DNA from: Candidatus Thorarchaeota archaeon
GTDB lineage: Archaea > Asgardarchaeota > Thorarchaeia > Thorarchaeales > Thorarchaeaceae
Length of the DNA: 64,000 nt
Reading direction: 5' to 3'
Assembly (NCBI GenBank): GCA_046482545.1
Contig: JAWOEX010000039.1
Coordinates: forward strand, 128,001 to 192,000
This document shows, piece by piece, positions 57,695-64,000 of the stretch. Below the pieces are notes generated by a model. It ran no database searches. It had not been told where the DNA came from and was given only the letters and a program-made list of their open reading frames with translations. The number at the start of each line of letters is the position of its first letter. Position 1 is the stretch's first letter. The position numbers and the translations under genes are program-made.

Positions 57695-60600
57695 TCAGAA
57701 ACTGATACCTAGACTCTCCAAGAGGGCCTCCAGATCACTCTTTGAAAGGTTCTTTGCCTGTTCGACTATTACCTCAATTTCATCACGAGTCATGCCTTTC
57801 CCCCTTAGTTGTTCTCGTAACGCTTCAAGCTCACCTGGCTGAGAAGCAAGTGTCTTCTCGACAGCCTCCTCCACCTCGGGTGCTTCTACTGGGACTCCCT
57901 CTTCAGTCTTCCTGGCCGTTTCTTGTCGGATGACCTCTCGGATGAAGCCTGGGCGTTCACTCGCTCTCATTCTCGACAAGTCTAATCGGAAAGCTTCAAG
58001 CTCCTTTTCACCAAGTCCAGTCAGGTCAGCAAGCTCCTCTAGAAGTTCATTTACCTCAGGAACAACCGCAACAACTGTCTCTCCTTCCACTTCGCCACTC
58101 GTCTTGGAAACGTTCACAGGCTGAAGTAGTTCGTTTGCCACACCACGAAGAATCTCCGCCCTTGATGGCACTTCCGCTGGCTCAGGCACATTGCCCTTCT
58201 TGAGGTCTCCAATCATACCGTTAATGATTCGGATGATTCTAGGAACGCTCCAGACTCTGACATAGAGAATTATTAGAAGGGCGAATATGGCAAGCCCAAC
58301 ACCTCCTGCAATCTGAACGTTTCGAACTAAGACTTGTTCTGCTGTAACATCCGAATCTATGGTAATCTGAATTGTCTTGCTTTCATATTGTTCCTTAGAG
58401 AATCCAATCTGTATGTTGAAGGTTTGTGTTGCATTAACTCTAAAAGTGAGCTCATAGGTCCCGTTATTATACGGTTCATTGGTCAAATCAGGGTAATATT
58501 GTATATCCTGTTCTCCGTAGGTGATATACTCTTCCGCACCACTAATACCAACATTGTGATCCAAATCAATGTAAGACACCACGATAGTTATTCTTGCGCC
58601 AGGTTGCGTTGAGATTCTTGATGTTCTTGCAATCAATCGGGTCTGTACCCGGCGAATGGTTATTTGAACATTGATGGACTCAACAGAGTAAATGGTCGTT
58701 GGAAAGGCGATTTCCACAGAATAGGTATCGATAGGTAAATCTCCAGGAACTGTAATCAGGTAGCTTCCGTTGCCAAGTGACTCAAGCGATTCCTCTCCAA
58801 TATTCTCCCAGTACGCTAGGCCATTGACATCGCCAACGGTTTGATTGTTTAGAGAGTTGGTGAGCGTGTATAGTATAGTCCTAGAATCGTTTACAGGAAT
58901 GGACACGCTCTGCGGCCCTGAGATTGTAGCGGGCATTGCTTTCAACTGCACACTCACAATCATCGATGCAGATTGGTGGTTGTCAAGTGAAAATGTAACA
59001 GGAATATCATAAAGACGTGGATTTACTGGGGTGAGATATATCTCTAGGAGATACGACCCGTTTCCAAGTTCAGTGACATTGGCGTCTTCCCATCCAATAT
59101 TTGCGCTTGCACCTGAAAGCCCTATATTGTTGTAAGTGTCATTGTAAGTGAGTTCATAGGTAACCTTCTCACCGTGATATCCGTCTGCAGTTACAACTGG
59201 AGCATTCAGTTGAGTGGGTACAAGCCGGATATTAGTGAGGATTGTTCTCCTCTGCAGCTGATACCCAGTCTTGGCAGCGGTTATTCGAAGCTGGAAACTC
59301 TGAGCTGTAAGTACGGTCGTATCAACAGAAACAACATAGCTACCATTCGATGCCGGTTCAAGCTGACCGCTGAGTCCACCTAGGTTATAGGATACGTTAG
59401 CTGAATCAATAGTTCCGCCGTAATAGGTATCATTGAATAATACTTGAATATCCAAATTATCTCCGTAAGTGACTAACAACGATGTCTTGTTCTCCACAAG
59501 CTGTAATTTCGAAGGAATTGGAATAATCTGTACATTGATTGTGGAAACCAGAAATGCGTAATTGTTAGCATTTGCACTGATTATCAAATCGTACTGGCCT
59601 AGTGCAAATCCAGAAGAATTCAGTTCACCAAAGTAGTATCCAGGGGTGCCGTTATTCAGCAGAGTGGACTCAGTTTCATTGAACTCCATGAATACTTCGA
59701 CATCACTCACGGGCCCTCCGTTGGTTGTATCTTCAACATACACCCAGAAGTCCTCTGTGGATTCCAGAACAACATCCTTCGATGAGGATTCGGGTATTAC
59801 CGTACCAGTAGCTTTAGCTACGATTAGATTCATCGAAGTTGTCTTTGTCCGGTAATACTCTCCAGTTGCACTGACTTGTGGTTCGTAAGTACCGTAACCG
59901 AAATCTGAGGTTGTTAGATTGAGAATATATGTTCCATTGTTCAGATCATCGAGGTAGTAAAGTGAGTTGTTCCAAAGGAGAGATGTGTTCAAACCCTTGA
60001 CGAGATTGTTGTAGTATGTTTCGCGTACTTCAACTCTGATTCTGACAATCTCGCCCCAATCAGCATAGTATGAGCTTTTTTCGAGTACAATGTCAAGTGT
60101 AGCTGAGCCGGGCTGTATGTCAAGTGTCTGATTCACAGATTCATAGTAGGTCTTGTTTGCCACCACTGCAAAGGTATATTCGCCCGCAACTAGGCCTGTT
60201 GTGTTCATGGTGAGTTCGTATTCTCCGTCACCTATTTCACTGATAGATACTGATGTTCCATACAAGGATTCCCAGTTTGTTGTGACGTTTGCATTTACAA
60301 TGGGAAGGTCATGGTCATAATCAGTATAAGTCAAGCTCACAGTGATAGGCTCACCAACCGGAATGGTACCTGCAGCGGGTACTTCAGATTCCATTGTTGT
60401 TTGGATCAGCCGAATGGAAGCTGGCAGGTTGCTCGCAGTTCTATTCGCATAGAACGGCTCTCCGCTCCAGATCAGCGTTAGATTGAAGAAAACTACGCCT
60501 ATACTTCCAAATTGATCTGTAGGAACCTTGATGAGGTAATTCCCATCACCCTGGTCTGTCGTATAGTATGCTAGACTTGTGGCATTGTTGCTCAGTAGTT

Positions 60601-63600
60601 CGATGCCTGCATTTTCGATTCCTTTCCCCTCAGTATAGTCCTCATAGGCAAAATCGATTGTGATGTTATCACCATATGGGGTTTCTTCCACAAGGGTAAA
60701 CAAGATTGCCGTGGGTCTACGGACAGATGATGCAGAGGTAGTTACTGATCTGGCCGCATGATACGGTGGAAGAGAGGACCTATCTATCAATAGTTTCAAT
60801 TCTTTTGTTACAAGCGCTGTAGCGTTAAGCACAGTTGAGTTCATACTAATCTCATAATACGTGCCATGCTCATAGAGTGTATACTCGAAATCCGAAACCA
60901 CTACTGACCCATCTAATTGAAGCGTTATGTTGCCTTGGAGAACAGGAATGAGAGCACCTGTGGTGAAATCTTCATATCGGAATGTAAGGGTTAGATTCTC
61001 TCCGAAAGCAGTCTCTCCTGGAGTCTTTGTCAATACAATCCGAGTAGGCCTTGTCGAAACGTCAGCACTGATTTGTTTTGTTCTGGGTGCGTAGAAGGGT
61101 TCTCCAGTTCTGGATACTGACACAGAAAGAGTATATCGTTCGGGTCCTCCCAGCGCACTGCTGTTAACCAGAATGAGGTAAAGACCATCTCCCTGTTCTT
61201 CAACCCAGTAATTATCGCCAGCTGATAGGGCTTCTTCAGCGGGGGCACAAGAGACATCCACTGTTGCCCCTTCAATACCGCGACCCGTACTATCATCGGT
61301 GTATTCAAAGAATAGCGAAACGTTCTCTAGGTAGGCCGTGGGATCGGGACTTTCGAATCCGATTTGGGTAACACGTTTCAGAACCGTGATGGTAAAGATC
61401 TCGAAAGCATCGCTCGCGAAGTTTGATCCCGTATACTGAACAGAAGCATTGACATTGAATTCGCCGTCCTGTGAGAAAGCCGAAGTATTGAGGACAACGA
61501 GGAAATGACCATCACCCAGATACTCAACAGAATACCCGCCACTAAGGGAATCGTTTAGCGATAAATCTCCCACCATGTTCTCAGAACTTCCCGCAACAAG
61601 ATCGGTGTAGACGAAGTCAATACTGACATTATTCGCATATTGCGGCGGGGAGAAAGAGAGATGTGAAAGTTGGGTAGTACGTAGAGTAACGGTTACAGAG
61701 AACAGGTATTCTTGAATATCTTGATAGTACGGTTCACCAGTCCAAGTTAGATTCAGATGCAGATTATTTGTATCGATGCTCAGTCCAGTCGAATTAATGT
61801 AGACGGTGAAAATCTTCTGACTTGAATCATAGCCTAGAGTGTATGATATTCCAGCCTCATTAATCTGAATCTCAAGATTCGAACTGTTAGCGATTTTAGC
61901 GGCAGTCAATGAATCAAAGAAGCTGAATGATAGATTAGCAAGTTCATTATACGGTGTTGCTTGAACCGGCGTGTGATCAATGTAGGTTGGCCGTTCTATT
62001 ATCAGCACTGTGACCGTCAATGTGCCATTCTCATATAGAGGATCAGCTCCACTTCTCCACATCATTTCGATTGCAAATCGGAAGGTTCCTGTTTCAAGAC
62101 AGTACTCACTGTCCAGACGGAATTCGTACGTCCCCGGATTCCCAGCTTGCTCGAATATGTAGAAATCGCTCTGGGTGACAAACGATCCTGAATCTAAGGA
62201 GCTGACGTCTATTAAGACGTTATCAGTACTATTAGAGATTAGCGTATCATTAATGGCATCTCTGTAACGTACAGTGAAAGTGACGTTGTCAAGGTAGTTT
62301 GTCGCAGTAGGAGCAACATCTAAGAAAACATCAGTCTCAGTTCCTAGAACCCTGACCGATGTTTCAAGGGTCTGTTGGTAGTACTTGAGTACAGCACCGT
62401 CCCATTTGATAGTAAAGGACAGATTCTTCCAACCTATGGTCCCCCATTGGTTAGCAGGGATGGAAACGTTGTAGTGACCATCTCCAAGACCAGAGGGCTC
62501 TGAATAGAATACGAGGGCAGACATGCCCGGAGAGGAGATGCTCAAGTTAACGTTTCCAGTTTCATTTGTAACTCCCTCAGACAAGTCAGTGTCTTGATAG
62601 AATAACAGAACGGTTATGTTCTGACCAAATGGCGTCTGTTCTACCGGTTCGTCTAGCGTAAACAGTGTGTTGTGGCTGCGTATCTCCACACCAATATCGA
62701 ATGAATGATTCTGGTACCCACTTCTATTGACGTAAAATCGGACAGTATAGAATTCATCCTCTTCCGTGAGCGGATCATCAGATTCGGTATACACCGTTAT
62801 GTTGTACTCGCCATCAGCGGTCTCGATTACTGTATAATTCTGTTCATCACTGGAGTGGAAAGAGGTCCAGTTGCATGTAATCGAGCTGTTTGCATCTATA
62901 ACAGGCTGATCATTATCTATATCAGTCCACGTTAACGTGAAGGACGCAGCTTCACCAGCAGGGATTGAAAGTTGATTTGCCGTGTACTGGATAGTATTGT
63001 ATATTTCACGGACCTCTACATAAATGACAAGATATGATGGATTTACGTATGGTGCGCTTGCATTTACGAGAATTGGATACTCTGCAATCTCAGCAGATGC
63101 GAGATTGAGTTCGATCGCGTATTCTCCGCCACCATTGTCCGTGACCTCGTATCCTGCTGTCCAGTTGCATTGTAGATTTGCATCCTCTATACCGGACCCA
63201 TTGACATTTGAAAAATCCATATCCAAAGTCTGATTTCCGCCAATCGGACCTGAAGTCTTTGGGTAATCTGGTGAATCTAATACAGAATCATAGTTCACAA
63301 CGAGGTTGAAGCCAGCTGCTGCTTCGTCGTAATTATCTCGAGACCAAGATAGGCTCAGAAGGTATTCACCTTTACCAGGCACAGCTGATGTATCAATCAC
63401 GTTCGTATACTCGCCATTGCCGTTATCATCGAATTCGTCTGTACCGTCAACCCAACTCATGGTCAAGGTACCCCCAGGAACAAGGACATCGCTATCGGTA
63501 TCGTTTGCTTCTATCACCAAGAGAAGAAGATCGCCGTATGTGGCGTTTACTTCCCAAGTCTGTCTAGCTTCAGAGGGGTACTTGACATTCAGTTCGGATG

Positions 63601-64000
63601 AGTGAGTTATGCTGAAGGCACGCCTGAAGAAACCTGTTTCATGCCAAGTGCCGTTGCTCCCCATGTCGTTCGTCATTGCCTGAACCATCCAATCTCCTGC
63701 CAAGGCATTCGTGCCTGCAAGATTGAAGACTGAAGTGGTCGCATAGCCTGAAGAGTCAACAGTTGCATTTGCGGAAAGCCAAGAATTGCCTTCTGGGTTG
63801 TATATGGTGATATTGACAATAGAGTTCTCGTATGCCGGACCTATATAGGCTCTGACCCGGCTATCCTCACCTGCTCGGAAGTTCGCTGATTGACTCCAAG
63901 TCCCGCCATCAGAATCATACAGCTCCACGTCCTGTATCATGTTAGATGACCTACTCTTTATCCTCCAATAGCCGTATCTTCCGGCCTCTGTCGTGACCTC
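57695..64000 (-). CDS. Giant single-pass surface glycoprotein with tandem Ig-like repeats, 5' end beyond window
   Basis: Frame is open to 64000. About 100-aa repeats with G.G.Y turns, more than 50 NxS/T sequons, one TM near the C-terminus and a ~170-aa charged cytoplasmic tail. Confidence 0.88.
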   Translation of the reverse strand, partial: EVTTEAGRYGYWRIKSRSSNMIQDVELYDSDGGTWSQSANFRAGEDSRVRAYIGPAYENSIVNITIYNPEGNSWLSANATVDSSGYATTSVFNLAGTNALAGDWMVQAMTNDMGSNGTWHETGFFRRAFSITHSSELNVKYPSEARQTWEVNATYGDLLLLVIEANDTDSDVLVPGGTLTMSWVDGTDEFDDNGNGEYTNVIDTSAVPGKGEYLLSLSWSRDNYDEAAAGFNLVVNYDSVLDSPDYPKTSGPIGGNQTLDMDFSNVNGSGIEDANLQCNWTAGYEVTDNGGGEYAIELNLASAEIAEYPILVNASAPYVNPSYLVIYVEVREIYNTIQYTANQLSIPAGEAASFTLTWTDIDNDQPVIDANSSITCNWTSFHSSDEQNYTVIETADGEYNITVYTESDDPLTEEDEFYTVRFYVNRSGYQNHSFDIGVEIRSHNTLFTLDEPVEQTPFGQNITVLLFYQDTDLSEGVTNETGNVNLSISSPGMSALVFYSEPSGLGDGHYNVSIPANQWGTIGWKNLSFTIKWDGAVLKYYQQTLETSVRVLGTETDVFLDVAPTATNYLDNVTFTVRYRDAINDTLISNSTDNVLIDVSSLDSGSFVTQSDFYIFEQAGNPGTYEFRLDSEYCLETGTFRFAIEMMWRSGADPLYENGTLTVTVLIIERPTYIDHTPVQATPYNELANLSFSFFDSLTAAKIANSSNLEIQINEAGISYTLGYDSSQKIFTVYINSTGLSIDTNNLHLNLTWTGEPYYQDIQEYLFSVTVTLRTTQLSHLSFSPPQYANNVSIDFVYTDLVAGSSENMVGDLSLNDSLSGGYSVEYLGDGHFLVVLNTSAFSQDGEFNVNASVQYTGSNFASDAFEIFTITVLKRVTQIGFESPDPTAYLENVSLFFEYTDDSTGRGIEGATVDVSCAPAEEALSAGDNYWVEEQGDGLYLILVNSSALGGPERYTLSVSVSRTGEPFYAPRTKQISADVSTRPTRIVLTKTPGETAFGENLTLTFRYEDFTTGALIPVLQGNITLQLDGSVVVSDFEYTLYEHGTYYEISMNSTVLNATALVTKELKLLIDRSSLPPYHAARSVTTSASSVRRPTAILFTLVEETPYGDNITIDFAYEDYTEGKGIENAGIELLSNNATSLAYYTTDQGDGNYLIKVPTDQFGSIGVVFFNLTLIWSGEPFYANRTASNLPASIRLIQTTMESEVPAAGTIPVGEPITVSLTYTDYDHDLPIVNANVTTNWESLYGTSVSISEIGDGEYELTMNTTGLVAGEYTFAVVANKTYYESVNQTLDIQPGSATLDIVLEKSSYYADWGEIVRIRVEVRETYYNNLVKGLNTSLLWNNSLYYLDDLNNGTYILNLTTSDFGYGTYEPQVSATGEYYRTKTTSMNLIVAKATGTVIPESSSKDVVLESTEDFWVYVEDTTNGGPVSDVEVFMEFNETESTLLNNGTPGYYFGELNSSGFALGQYDLIISANANNYAFLVSTINVQIIPIPSKLQLVENKTSLLVTYGDNLDIQVLFNDTYYGGTIDSANVSYNLGGLSGQLEPASNGSYVVSVDTTVLTAQSFQLRITAAKTGYQLQRRTILTNIRLVPTQLNAPVVTADGYHGEKVTYELTYNDTYNNIGLSGASANIGWEDANVTELGNGSYLLEIYLTPVNPRLYDIPVTFSLDNHQSASMIVSVQLKAMPATISGPQSVSIPVNDSRTILYTLTNSLNNQTVGDVNGLAYWENIGEESLESLGNGSYLITVPGDLPIDTYSVEIAFPTTIYSVESINVQITIRRVQTRLIARTSRISTQPGARITIVVSYIDLDHNVGISGAEEYITYGEQDIQYYPDLTNEPYNNGTYELTFRVNATQTFNIQIGFSKEQYESKTIQITIDSDVTAEQVLVRNVQIAGGVGLAIFALLIILYVRVWSVPRIIRIINGMIGDLKKGNVPEPAEVPSRAEILRGVANELLQPVNVSKTSGEVEGETVVAVVPEVNELLEELADLTGLGEKELEAFRLDLSRMRASERPGFIREVIRQETARKTEEGVPVEAPEVEEAVEKTLASQPGELEALREQLRGKGMTRDEIEVIVEQAKNLSKSDLEALLESLGISF

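Overview
Gene-dense archaeal window of roughly mid-40s% GC with an acidic proteome. An Asgard origin (probably Thorarchaeia) is inferred, not proven, from archaeal-type ThrRS and TyrRS, a Rab-like small GTPase, a eukaryote-like PPP phosphatase, orphan multi-PAS histidine kinases and a giant Ig-repeat surface glycoprotein. Most genes are housekeeping or metabolic (ppdK, copA, thrS, tyrS, tdh, peptidases, transporters). I see no rRNA, tRNA, CRISPR array or transposase. Top observations: (1) an unannotated ~480-nt, ~60% GC, highly structured element on the minus strand at ~11475-11950. Its 3' ~130 nt recur 20 kb away, just upstream of thrS (31300-31431), with structure-preserving substitutions and a T-box-like AAGGGUGGAAC core. 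A long inverted-repeat structure flanks it at 12020-12227. (2) A tightly coupled DUF362 / DPPR-synthase-like UbiA / PHP phosphoesterase / flippase-like operon that could make a lipid-linked pentose donor, lying near a heavily N-glycosylated giant surface protein. (3) An acyl-CoA ligase / KAS-III-like / MaoC operon whose condensing enzyme has Arg at the usual catalytic His. (4) At least five decayed genes hidden in intergenic DNA, mostly broken by in-frame stops rather than frameshifts. All family assignments come from motif recognition by eye; no searches were run.
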